Part shown: in pieces, positions 1-8,241 of the stretch | Position numbering within the stretch: position 1 is the stretch's first letter | Layout: the number at the start of each line of letters is the position of its first letter | Assembly: GCF_009805595.3 (NCBI RefSeq) | Contig: NZ_VMQO03000001.1 | Coordinates: forward strand, 1-32,000 | Direction of reading: 5' to 3' | DNA from: Candidatus Tremblayella phenacoccinincola | GTDB taxonomy: Bacteria > Pseudomonadota > Gammaproteobacteria > Burkholderiales > Burkholderiaceae | DNA length: 32,000 bases | Notes under the pieces: model-generated | What the model was told of the DNA's origin: nothing | The model's input: the letters and a program-made list of their open reading frames with translations, nothing else | The model's database searches: none | Program-made: the position numbers and the translations under genes

Positions 1-21
1 CCTAGAAAAACCCCTCCCTCT

Positions 22-100
22 CTATGCTCTATGCTCTATGGACTACCTCTATGGACTACCTCTATGGACTACCTCTATGGACTACCTCTATGGACTACCT
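22..100 (+). repeat. Tandem repeat array: 2 x CTATGCT followed by 5 perfect copies of the 13-bp unit CTATGGACTACCT
   Basis: Read directly. The 13-bp units start at 36, 49, 62, 75 and 88 with no mismatches. Confidence 0.95.
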
Positions 101-333
101 ACCCCTCTCCCTCAACCTGAAGACTCTCTCTCTCCCTCAACCTCATTCTCATTCTCATTCGCTTACCTCCCTGCCTCAAACCCCACAACCCTCCTCTCTA
201 GCTTCTTCTCCTTCAAGACCTTCTAGCTTCTCCTTCTCCTTCAAGTTCTTAGCTTCTCCTTCTCCTATCTCCTTCTCTTTCTTCTAGCTCTATCTTCTAC
301 CACCCACACCTCTCTTGAATTCAGAAAACTATT
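101..333 (+). repeat. Pyrimidine-rich (C/T) low-complexity leader upstream of secA with internal degenerate repeats
   Basis: CTCCCTCAACCT occurs at 107-118 and 132-143. CATTCT x3 lies at about 144-161. A roughly 25-bp module TAGCTTCT..CCTTCAAG is repeated 2-3 times at about 199-265. Purines are scarce on the + strand. Confidence 0.85.
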
Positions 334-2604
334 ATGTTAAAAGAATACATACAGCAAACAACGAGAATTCATGGCCTAGAACCCTACTTCAAATCCCTGA
401 AAGATGTTACATTCAAACTCAAAACGAATGCACTTAGACTTTTCTTGAAAACAAACGTATCTTTTAACAAGCTTCTCCCATATGCTTTTGCTTCATTTAA
501 GGAGGCTTGTTATAGACTAATAGGCCTCAGACTACATGATACTCAGTTGCTAGGAGGACTTGCTTTATGTAGTGGCAAGGCAGTGGAAATGAAGACGGGA
601 GAAGGTAAAACATTGGCAATTGCGGCTGCCGCTTTTGCCTGCTCACTGTTCAACTCAGGAGTTCACATTGTAGTCCCTAGTGACCATCTTACAAAAAGGG
701 ACAGTGAGCTAACACAGGACGTATTTGAATTCTTAGGGACCTCAGTAGGTAAAGCTGTTACAGGCCTGGCTAACAACTCAAAAAGAACAGCATACAATTC
801 AGATATAACTTACGTTTCTTTCAGTGAGCATATATTTGATTATCTTCAAGACCACCTGGCGTATAAGGGCCAAGAATATGTTCAAAGGAGAAAACAAAGC
901 TGCTCGATAGTGATAGTTGATGAGGTTGATTCTATATTAATAGATGAAGCTGAGACACCTTTCATTGTCTCCACATCTAAAAATAACTCTACATACCTTC
1001 ATGCTCAGATGAACAAAGCTATCAAGCTTTTTGTATATGAAACCAGAAAAGCATTCTCCCCCCGTTTCCTATACTACTCCAACCAACCTAAACAACTGCT
1101 TTTAACTGAACTAGGTTTTATTAAGACTGAAAACCTACTAATAAACGCTAACCTCATTAGAAACGGATATCAACTGTATACTCCCAAAAGCTACCATCTA
1201 ATAAATATGATGTACGTGCTGCTAAAGGCTTACAAAACAGTTAGTAAAGATAGAGACTACATCATTCGCAACGGAGAAGTAATAATTATTGCTAAGCTAA
1301 CCGGTAGACTCTTGCCTAACAAACGTTGGTCCAATGGAGTACATCTGGCTGTCGAAACAAAAGAAGCTCTCAAAACAAGGAAAGACAGCCAGGCTATAGA
1401 CCAGCTAACACTCCAGAGTTATTTTAGTATGTACAGTAGTCTATCAGGAATAACAGGAACCGCAAACGAAACACAAGAACTCAAAAGCCTGTATAACCTG
1501 GAAACAGTCGTCATTCCAACAAACAAACCACAAGGCAGATATGATGAACCAGACAGAATATGTTTGACGGTTCGCGATAGAATTATAGGAGTTATCAGAG
1601 ATATTCAGAGTTGTTATAAACGTGGACAGCCAGTATTAGTTGGAACACAATCGGTAGAACAATCTGAAGAGCTTTCTGTTATGTTAAACAACATTGGGTT
1701 TCCTCACGAACTATTGAATGCTAAAAGCCAGCTGTTAGAACCCATAGTTGTTGCAAACGCTGGAAAGCCAAATAAGATAACTATAACGTCCTGCATTGCA
1801 GGCAGGGGAACAAACATATTGTTAGGGGGTTTAGTATATTTTGACCACAACACCAAAGACCAAACCTACTTCAAGTCCAAAAGGTTAGGCGGTCTAAGAG
1901 TCATCGGCATTGGTAGACATAACCTAAGAAAAGCTGATGTACAGCTAATCGGTAGAGCTGGGAGACAAGGAGAGGCTGGCACTTCCTGCTTTTATGTGTC
2001 CTTAAAGGACAGGCATCTAAATAGATTATCCGTAGACCCCAGAATGCTTGCTCAAACCATTGAAAGCATCCAAAAAAGAACTCAGACTAAAAGCCTATAC
2101 CAAAAAACACAACTAGCAAGCTTCAGCAACATCTTGGACTTCCAAAGATATACAATACATATGTTGAGAAGAAAGCTAACTTCTAAAACCCAATCAGAAG
2201 CCTTTGTACTCAAAGCCAAGAAGTGGCCAGGCAACTGTTATAGTTATTCTTGGTCTAAAAAGCTAAAAGTAACATTGAGCTTAAACCTTTTTAAGAGAGC
2301 TGGAGCTGCATATTCGAACTCTTGGTTTAGTCTCTTAGTTAACCTAAACCAATTGGCCTGTATTGAATTGACAGGGATACAAAAGAGAAAAGAGCTGGAG
2401 AAAAGCTTATTATTAGGTTCAATGGATTCAATATGGATGAATCACCTTAGGTTTTTAAACAGCTCTCACTGGAACCTAATCTTAAGTCTTCAACCTTTCA
2501 ACAAGCCCCACATTCAATACATTCAGAACACTTTGAAGCTACTTAAACGGATGGTCGCTTATTTAGCTCTCGATGTTCTATGCCTGTCAGAAGTAGGAAT
2601 CTAA
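334..2604 (+). CDS. secA: Preprotein translocase ATPase SecA (divergent, no C-terminal zinc-finger tail)
   Basis: 756-aa ORF that aligns along its length with E. coli SecA as I remember it. Matching motifs include MKTGEGKT, DEVDSILIDEA, RWSNGVHLAVE, TGTA, GQPVLVGT, AGRGTN, GRAGRQGE and SMDSIWMNHL. Confidence 0.93.
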   Translation: MLKEYIQQTTRIHGLEPYFKSLKDVTFKLKTNALRLFLKTNVSFNKLLPYAFASFKEACYRLIGLRLHDTQLLGGLALCSGKAVEMKTGEGKTLAIAAAAFACSLFNSGVHIVVPSDHLTKRDSELTQDVFEFLGTSVGKAVTGLANNSKRTAYNSDITYVSFSEHIFDYLQDHLAYKGQEYVQRRKQSCSIVIVDEVDSILIDEAETPFIVSTSKNNSTYLHAQMNKAIKLFVYETRKAFSPRFLYYSNQPKQLLLTELGFIKTENLLINANLIRNGYQLYTPKSYHLINMMYVLLKAYKTVSKDRDYIIRNGEVIIIAKLTGRLLPNKRWSNGVHLAVETKEALKTRKDSQAIDQLTLQSYFSMYSSLSGITGTANETQELKSLYNLETVVIPTNKPQGRYDEPDRICLTVRDRIIGVIRDIQSCYKRGQPVLVGTQSVEQSEELSVMLNNIGFPHELLNAKSQLLEPIVVANAGKPNKITITSCIAGRGTNILLGGLVYFDHNTKDQTYFKSKRLGGLRVIGIGRHNLRKADVQLIGRAGRQGEAGTSCFYVSLKDRHLNRLSVDPRMLAQTIESIQKRTQTKSLYQKTQLASFSNILDFQRYTIHMLRRKLTSKTQSEAFVLKAKKWPGNCYSYSWSKKLKVTLSLNLFKRAGAAYSNSWFSLLVNLNQLACIELTGIQKRKELEKSLLLGSMDSIWMNHLRFLNSSHWNLILSLQPFNKPHIQYIQNTLKLLKRMVAYLALDVLCLSEVGI

Positions 2605-2632
2605 CCTAGAACAGACCTAGGAAAGGCTATTT

Positions 2633-2641
2633 CCCCCCCCC
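2633..2641 (+). repeat. C9 homopolymer between secA and rplU
   Basis: Counted directly. It lies 29 nt after the secA stop. Confidence 0.95.
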
Positions 2642-2660
2642 TCTGACAAACATATGTATA

Positions 2661-2690
2661 CATAAACATAAACATAAACATAAACATAAG
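2661..2690 (+). repeat. Hexanucleotide tandem repeat (CATAAA)4 plus one imperfect unit CATAAG
   Basis: Units start at 2661, 2667, 2673, 2679 and 2685. Confidence 0.95.
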
Positions 2691-2743
2691 CCTACTGCTG
2701 CTCTATATTTCTGAATGCTAAACCTATACTAAAGCTAACCCAT

Positions 2744-3202
2744 ATGAACGAACAAGAAGAGCAACCAAAATGTATGGTATTTCAGATCGGGAATGAAGCC
2801 CATGTTCACAACTTAGGCTACGCTATAATAAAACTAAACGGCAAACAGTATAAGACACAGATAAACAAAAGAGTGATTGTAGATCGAATGGGTTTACCAG
2901 AAGGTAGGCTGTTTTATCTACATAATGTACTCCTTCATATACATTGTAACAAAACCAACATTGGACAACCTACTCTCGAAGGAACCCGAGTAACTGCAAT
3001 GGTTTCAAGGCACTTCAAAACCAAAAAGATAGAAATCCTAAAGCACAAAAGAAGAAAGCATCACATGAAGAGCCAAGGATACAGAAGCCTACGTACTGAA
3101 ATTATCGTAACAAACATTCAGACTACCCAGTTGCTAACATGGCCCAAAAGAAAGCAGGCGGTTCTACTAGGAACAATAGAGACTCGAGGTCCAAGAGGCT
3201 AG
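2744..3202 (+). CDS. rplU: 50S ribosomal protein L21 (extended at both ends relative to the canonical ~103 aa)
   Basis: The core [12 protein letters not shown]...[26 protein letters not shown] parallels E. coli MYAVFQSGGKQHR...[25 protein letters not shown]. The internal ATG at 2774 is the more likely start. The ORF runs 64 nt into rpmA. Confidence 0.85.
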   Translation: MNEQEEQPKCMVFQIGNEAHVHNLGYAIIKLNGKQYKTQINKRVIVDRMGLPEGRLFYLHNVLLHIHCNKTNIGQPTLEGTRVTAMVSRHFKTKKIEILKHKRRKHHMKSQGYRSLRTEIIVTNIQTTQLLTWPKRKQAVLLGTIETRGPRG

Positions 3203-3402
3203 GTATCAAAGCTTACAGTGGGGTCTTAGTAATGCCAGGTTCCATTGTTGTACGTCAGAAAGGCACAAAGATCCATCCTGGTAAAAACGTAGGTACTGGA
3301 AAAGACCACACATTGTTCGCATTGACTAAAGGAGTAGTGAGGTATCACTGGAATGACTCTAGAAAGCTGGTAGAAGTTCGAATGGTGCTCCGTAATAACT
3401 AA
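3139..3402 (+). CDS. rpmA: 50S ribosomal protein L27
   Basis: [47 protein letters not shown]. The N-terminus is near-identical to the E. coli L27 N-terminus. Confidence 0.95.
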   Translation: MAQKKAGGSTRNNRDSRSKRLGIKAYSGVLVMPGSIVVRQKGTKIHPGKNVGTGKDHTLFALTKGVVRYHWNDSRKLVEVRMVLRNN

Positions 3403-3500
3403 CAATACAGAGCCTTCCCCAAACAGCTGTTTAATAACAATACTCTTGGGTTTTCCAATAGCTAACACATATTATAGTTATTATATTATTTAGTTATAAA

Positions 3501-3516
3501 CCCCCCCCCTTTTTTA
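3501..3516 (+). repeat. C9 homopolymer immediately followed by a T run, 22 nt upstream of the dnaB ATG
   Basis: C run counted at 3501-3509, followed by T from 3510. Confidence 0.95.
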
Positions 3517-3531
3517 ACTATAACAAAAGCT

Positions 3532-4929
3532 ATGAATATAATAAATAACCCAACCTCCCATATAAAAGCTAAGCTAGAAACTAACCATAATAGAAAAAGG
3601 AAGGCATTACCACATTCTTTAGAAGCAGAGCAAACAATATTAGGTTGTCTAATGGTAGATAATAATATATGGACTGAAATAGCAACTGTTATTTCGGAGC
3701 AAGACTTTATGGAAAGAAGCCATAGGATAATATATAATGAAATGAAACTGTTATTAGAAACCCATAAACCAATTGATCTTATTACACTTTCCGACTCATT
3801 AGAACAAAAAGATAAGTTAACTATGATTGGTGGTTCTTCTTATTTAGCTGATCTATATAAACCCATTGCAAATACTGCTAACATTTTAGAATATGCTGCT
3901 ATTGTTAAAGATAGAGCAATAAAACGAGAACTAATCAAAACAGCTCAAGAGTTAATTAATAATAGCTATAGTCCGAAAGGTAAAAGTAGCTCTGAGTTAT
4001 TGGCAATAGCTGAGTCAAAGATATTTCATATAGCTGAGCATAGAGTTAATGAAAGCAATGGCCCTAAACCTATTGATAATATCTTAGGGAAAACAGTTGC
4101 TAATATAGAAAAGGCATTTAAAAGTTCTAAGAAAGGTATTACTGGTCTTTCTAGTGGATATTATGAGTTAGATATAAAAACGTGTGGTTTACAAAAGTCT
4201 GACTTAATTATCATTGCGGCAAGACCTTCAATGGGTAAAACAACATTAGCTTTAAATATATGCGAAAATGCTGTTGTTAATGAAAATAAACCAGTGTTGA
4301 TATTTAGTTTAGAAATGCCTAGTGACCAAATAATGATAAGAATATTAGCTTCTTTATCAAAGATCAATCAAACAAATATAAGGACTGGACAGCTGAATAG
4401 TAATGACTGGTCAAGGCTTTCTAATACTATGAATATGCTCTTAAAAAAGAAGAACCTATATATTGACGACTCTCCTGAACTAACGCATACAGACTTAAGA
4501 ACAAGAGCTAAACGTATCTATCGAGAATATAACGGACTTAGTTTAATTATGGTAGACTATATGCAGCTAATGAAAGTACCGTCTTTATCAGAGAATAGAG
4601 CATTAGAAATAGCTGAAGTTTCACGTTCATTAAAAGCCTTAGCTAAGGAATTGCAAGTACCTATATTAGCGCTTTCGCAACTAAATAGAAACTTAGAACA
4701 GAGGGTTGATAAACGTCCAATAAACTCAGATCTACGAGAGTCGGGTTCGATTGAACAAGATGCTGACTTAATATTATTTATATATCGAGACGAAGTATAT
4801 CGAGGTTGTGTTAACTCAGGAATGAATGGAATAGCAGAAGTTATTATTGGAAAGCAACGAAATGGCCCTACTGGAACTATTAAGTTAAGGTTTAATGGCC
4901 AGCTGTCGCGCTTTGATAGCTATAGTTAG
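3532..4929 (+). CDS. dnaB: Replicative DNA helicase DnaB
   Basis: 465 aa. N-terminal LPHSLEAEQTILG, Walker A ARPSMGKTT, FSLEMP, VDYMQLM, ALSQLNR and EQDADL. Confidence 0.95.
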   Translation: MNIINNPTSHIKAKLETNHNRKRKALPHSLEAEQTILGCLMVDNNIWTEIATVISEQDFMERSHRIIYNEMKLLLETHKPIDLITLSDSLEQKDKLTMIGGSSYLADLYKPIANTANILEYAAIVKDRAIKRELIKTAQELINNSYSPKGKSSSELLAIAESKIFHIAEHRVNESNGPKPIDNILGKTVANIEKAFKSSKKGITGLSSGYYELDIKTCGLQKSDLIIIAARPSMGKTTLALNICENAVVNENKPVLIFSLEMPSDQIMIRILASLSKINQTNIRTGQLNSNDWSRLSNTMNMLLKKKNLYIDDSPELTHTDLRTRAKRIYREYNGLSLIMVDYMQLMKVPSLSENRALEIAEVSRSLKALAKELQVPILALSQLNRNLEQRVDKRPINSDLRESGSIEQDADLILFIYRDEVYRGCVNSGMNGIAEVIIGKQRNGPTGTIKLRFNGQLSRFDSYS

Positions 4930-4980
4930 ATTAGTTCTTTCAGTACAATATTGTTTTAGGAATGTCTATAAACTATGCTT

Positions 4981-4990
4981 CCCCCCCCCC
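4981..4990 (+). repeat. C10 homopolymer between dnaB and frr
   Basis: Counted directly. It lies inside the 5' end of the ORF-track frr ORF but upstream of the region homologous to RRF. Confidence 0.95.
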
Positions 4991-4994
4991 ATAT

Positions 4995-4999
4995 AGGAG
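4995..4999 (+). promoter_or_regulatory. Shine-Dalgarno AGGAG serving a TTG start of frr at 5010
   Basis: AGGAG lies 10 nt upstream of the in-frame TTG. Confidence 0.6.
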
Positions 5000-5009
5000 C
5001 ACATATAAC

Positions 5010-5570
5010 TTGAATACAATAGATATATGTAAAGACTATGAACTTCAAGCAGGAAAATATATAGAAGCCTTTATAAGAAATATTAACAACTATAGAACAG
5101 GAAGAGCTTCTCCTGATTTACTTAATGGAATCAAAATAAAATATAATAATAAAATAGCTTCTATACGTCAACTAGCTTCTATTACTTTAGAGTCCACAAA
5201 GTCTGTGATTATCACTGCTTTTGATAATTCACTACTTCCAATAATAAATAAAAGTATTATCGCTGCTAACTTAGGGTTAAGCTCTTATTTAGAAACCAAT
5301 TTAGTTCGTATCTTATTTCCAGACCTTTCTGAAACCTATAGAAATAAGTTAGTTAAGTTGGTTCAGAATGAAGCTGAAAAGGTAAGAGTTATTATTCGAA
5401 ATACAAGACGTATGTTTAATAATAAACTAAAAGACTTATTTAAAAAGAAGTTGTTTAGTAAAGATAATATGGAAGCTCTTCAAATAAAAATACAATCTAT
5501 TACTGATTGCTTTATAAAAAAGGTTAATAGCATAGCTATATGTAAAGAAGCAGAAGTTCTTAATCGTTAG
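5010..5570 (+). CDS. frr: Ribosome recycling factor (start reassigned to TTG 5010; the ORF track starts at ATG 4962)
   Basis: From the TTG the product (M)NTIDICKDYE...RTGRASPDLL aligns residue for residue with E. coli MISDIRKDAE...RTGRASPSLL. The 16 upstream codons (MSINYASPPPYRSTYN) have no RRF counterpart and are the poly-C tract plus the SD. Confidence 0.88.
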   Translation: MNTIDICKDYELQAGKYIEAFIRNINNYRTGRASPDLLNGIKIKYNNKIASIRQLASITLESTKSVIITAFDNSLLPIINKSIIAANLGLSSYLETNLVRILFPDLSETYRNKLVKLVQNEAEKVRVIIRNTRRMFNNKLKDLFKKKLFSKDNMEALQIKIQSITDCFIKKVNSIAICKEAEVLNR

Positions 5571-5676
5571 CTTATATGTATTATTTTATATAGAACTTCG
5601 GGTTTCCATTCGGTTAGTGACTTCGAGAAGCATTAAGGATTCACCGTCATTTAAATTCGAAAGAGCAGTTAACAAA

Positions 5677-5704
5677 GAACTAAGAACTAAGAACTAAGGA
5701 CTAA
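5677..5704 (+). repeat. Heptanucleotide tandem repeat (GAACTAA)3 plus one imperfect unit GGACTAA, ending 5 nt before the tal ATG
   Basis: Units start at 5677, 5684, 5691 and 5698. Confidence 0.9.
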
Positions 5705-5709
5705 AAAGA

Positions 5710-6678
5710 ATGAATATGACTGCTTTAGGTTTTTTGAAGAAATATACAACAGTTGCTTTGGACAGTGGAAACTATTTGGAAGTAGCAAAGCTCCAACCGA
5801 ACGATGTTACTACAAACCCTTCGTTGATTCTAAAAGCAACAAAAGACAAAGAGTGTTTAGCGTTTATAGATGGGGTAATTTCATCATACAATTCTTACGC
5901 TACTTCTGAAATAATAAACCAGATCTTAGTACATCTTGGCAATGAAATCCTGAAGCATATTCCTGGTTCTGTTTCTATTGAGTTGAACGCTGACTATGCT
6001 TTTAATGTTGAAAAGTCTATGGAACAGTTAGCTGAGCTTTTAAAGTTGTGCAAAGCGTTTAATATACAGGACAGAGTTCTGATTAAGGTGCCTGCAACAT
6101 GGGAAGGAATCCAAGTATTAAGATTAGCTAGGAAAAAGAACGTAAGATGCAATATGACGTTGGTATTCTCTTTAGTTCAAGCAGTTTTGTGTGGTGAATC
6201 CAAAGCCTATCTCATTTCTCCATTTGTAGGACGGGTATCTGATATGTACACAAGCTTAATCTCTAACTGCAAAAAACAGAATGAGTCTTTAGATGTTGGT
6301 GTTCAACTTCTTGAACAAGTGTATCAATATTTCAGACATAACAATTACAACACTAAAATAATGGCAGCAAGCTTTAGGAATATTGAACAAGCTCTATCCG
6401 TAGCAGGCTGTGACTATGTAACTTTAAGTCCTGATATCTTCTTGGAACTCAAGAATGAGCAGCGTTTACATCCAACAGCAGTTTTAAGAGTTAGCCATAC
6501 TTCCAAATGGAAACAAACCATAGACCTGAAACCAATCTGGAGACAAGAGCTCTTTTATAGAACATTAAGACAAAATGGTAACGCATACAAAAACCTAATA
6601 AACGGGGTCTACACATTCAGGAAAGCTACTCAGGAGCTAACAAAATACATTGAAAAGCGAGTCTGTGGCGGATGTTAG
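5710..6678 (+). CDS. tal: Transaldolase (TalB type)
   Basis: 322 aa. TTNPSLIL, the catalytic-Lys context VLIKVPATWEG, ISPFVGR and ASFRN match E. coli TalB motifs. Confidence 0.92.
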   Translation: MNMTALGFLKKYTTVALDSGNYLEVAKLQPNDVTTNPSLILKATKDKECLAFIDGVISSYNSYATSEIINQILVHLGNEILKHIPGSVSIELNADYAFNVEKSMEQLAELLKLCKAFNIQDRVLIKVPATWEGIQVLRLARKKNVRCNMTLVFSLVQAVLCGESKAYLISPFVGRVSDMYTSLISNCKKQNESLDVGVQLLEQVYQYFRHNNYNTKIMAASFRNIEQALSVAGCDYVTLSPDIFLELKNEQRLHPTAVLRVSHTSKWKQTIDLKPIWRQELFYRTLRQNGNAYKNLINGVYTFRKATQELTKYIEKRVCGGC

Positions 6679-6879
6679 GAGGAAAGGTATTTAGGTGGTT
6701 TCAATGATGTTGCTTCTGTCAGTAGGTGTTTAGGACTAACAAGCTGTTATTGTTTGGGTGACTTACAGCCTTTGTATAGAGTTATTGGAATGTATTATAG
6801 AGGGGGAAATAGCTGTTAGATATAGAGCTAGGAGGGTTTGTATTGTAGTGGTTAGGGCAGTGGATATTGCTTTGGGTTG

Positions 6880-7080
6880 TGTTGAAGGTATTTGGTGGTG
6901 CTATTGGGGGGGAAGGTAAAGGTAGGAAGGGGAAAGAAGGTAAAATGTATTGGATGTGTTGAGGGGGAAGCCTGGGGGGAAAAGGAAGAGTAGTAAAGAG
7001 GTAGAAAGGAAAGGAAAGGAAAGGAAGGACTTGTTATAGGTTTTGGGGGGAGGGAGAGAAGGGGAAGGTTTTGATTGAGG
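6880..7080 (-). repeat. G/purine-rich low-complexity tract on the + strand (C/T-rich on the - strand) with multiple G runs and (GAAAG)4-5
   Basis: G7 at 6906-6912, G5 at 6963-6967, G6 at 6974-6979, GAAAG units at 7004-7028, G6 at 7045-7050. Confidence 0.85.
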
Positions 7081-7214
7081 CTTCACCATTAATTCGTTTA
7101 GTTGAAGTTATGCTTATGGTTATGTTTATGGCTGTTGTCTTCACTATGAAATACCTGGTAGTTCTAGGTTCTAATGCGTGCAGCTATAGGCATGGACATA
7201 CCACCTGTTGGGGA

Positions 7215-7435
7215 AAGAGCTTCCTATTATATCTCTCTTCTTCTATACCCATCTTCTATACCCATCTTCTTCTCCTACCATTCTCCTCTCTCATTCTCCT
7301 CTTCTCTCACACACTCCCAGTCTTTCACACACATTTATTTCCAACTCCCTCACACCCTCCTTCTCTTCCACCATCATCAACCTTCTTCTTCATCAACACA
7401 GAGACAAACCTAATATCTAATAGACCTCCACCCAT
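7215..7435 (+). repeat. Pyrimidine-rich low-complexity leader upstream of rpsI, including 2 x 13-bp CTTCTATACCCAT (7240-7265)
   Basis: Read directly. Purines are nearly absent on the + strand. Confidence 0.85.
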
Positions 7436-7493
7436 ATAACATATAGTACAGACAGAACTAGAAACCCTGTCTCAAAGACCACATCTTTCAACT

Positions 7494-7503
7494 GGAGAGG
7501 GAG
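7494..7503 (+). promoter_or_regulatory. Shine-Dalgarno-like GGAGAGGGAG upstream of rpsI
   Basis: It ends 6 nt before the ATG at 7510. Confidence 0.55.
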
Positions 7504-7509
7504 AACTAA

Positions 7510-7908
7510 ATGGGCATCTGTAGCTGGTTTTATGGAACAGGTCGAAGAAAAAGATCTACTGCTAGAGTTTTTATTAGAGAAAATATTAAGAATGAGATGC
7601 TGGTAAATGGAATACGTCTGAATGACTATTTTACAAGACATAAGCATATCGAAATGTTACGCCAAGTCATACAACAACTACCTACTAAACGCTCCTTTCT
7701 ACTTAAAGCAACAGTTAAAGGTGGTGGTAAAAGTGGACAGGCTGACTCTATCAGACTTGGGTTATCCAGGGCTCTCGTTAGTTTTAGTCCAGCATTTAAA
7801 CAAACACTTGCCAAACAAGGATATTTGACTAGAGATTCAAGAGAAGTAGAAAGGAAAAAGTGTGGTTTACATAAAGCTAGAAAACAAAAGCAATTCTCAA
7901 AGAGATAA
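7510..7908 (+). CDS. rpsI: 30S ribosomal protein S9
   Basis: YGTGRRKRSTARVFI, VKGGGKSGQADSIRLGLSRAL and TRDSREVERKKCGLHKARKQKQFSKR match E. coli S9. Confidence 0.95.
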   Translation: MGICSWFYGTGRRKRSTARVFIRENIKNEMLVNGIRLNDYFTRHKHIEMLRQVIQQLPTKRSFLLKATVKGGGKSGQADSIRLGLSRALVSFSPAFKQTLAKQGYLTRDSREVERKKCGLHKARKQKQFSKR

Positions 7909-8234
7909 TGAAGTTGTTCTTCACAGATAACTCAACAAAGCATCTGCACCAAGTCATACAAGAGAAAAGCAACCCAAGCTTAAAGCTTAGAATATTTGTA
8001 CTGGGTGGTGGTTGTGCAGGTCTTCAATATATGTTTGCACTTGTCGAGAAAGTATGTGCGGATGACTTAGCATTTGTAAAAAGATCAGTTAGCTTCATAG
8101 TAGACTGCATTAGCTTACAGTATCTTAACAATGCAACCATTGACTATAGAAGTAGTATAGATGGATCTTATTTCATGGTCTATACTCCTAGCTCCGTTAC
8201 TACCTGTCATTGTGGAGCTTCTTTTGTAATGTAG
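7908..8234 (+). CDS. erpA: Iron-sulfur cluster insertion protein ErpA (A-type carrier)
   Basis: NPSLKLRIFVLGGGCAGLQYMF and the C-terminal TTCHCGASF parallel E. coli ErpA [22 protein letters not shown]...STCGCGSSF. The ATG overlaps the rpsI TAA by 1 nt. Confidence 0.85.
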   Translation: MKLFFTDNSTKHLHQVIQEKSNPSLKLRIFVLGGGCAGLQYMFALVEKVCADDLAFVKRSVSFIVDCISLQYLNNATIDYRSSIDGSYFMVYTPSSVTTCHCGASFVM

Positions 8235-8241
8235 AATAGCT

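Noticed and set aside
24-287. ORF-track ORFs 24..287 and 38..226 (+)
   Set aside because: They are translations of the 13-bp tandem array and the C/T-rich low-complexity leader (repetitive LYGLPLWTTSMDY and S/P/F-rich strings). They have no start context and resemble no protein family I know.
2605-2621. Hairpin CCTAG-AACAGAC-CTAGG right after the secA stop as a terminator (and a 6-bp hairpin CTCAGT..ACTGAG at about 31102-31128 after asd)
   Set aside because: The stems are short and no U tract follows. I cannot support them as intrinsic terminators.
6901-7647. ORFs 6901..7089 (-), 7071..7439, 7174..7413, 7208..7420 (+) and 7417..7647 (-) in the tal-rpsI spacer
   Set aside because: All are low-complexity translations (poly S/L/P/F) of purine- or pyrimidine-rich DNA in mutually overlapping frames. 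I also looked specifically for L13 (rplM) remnants here and could not recognise any.
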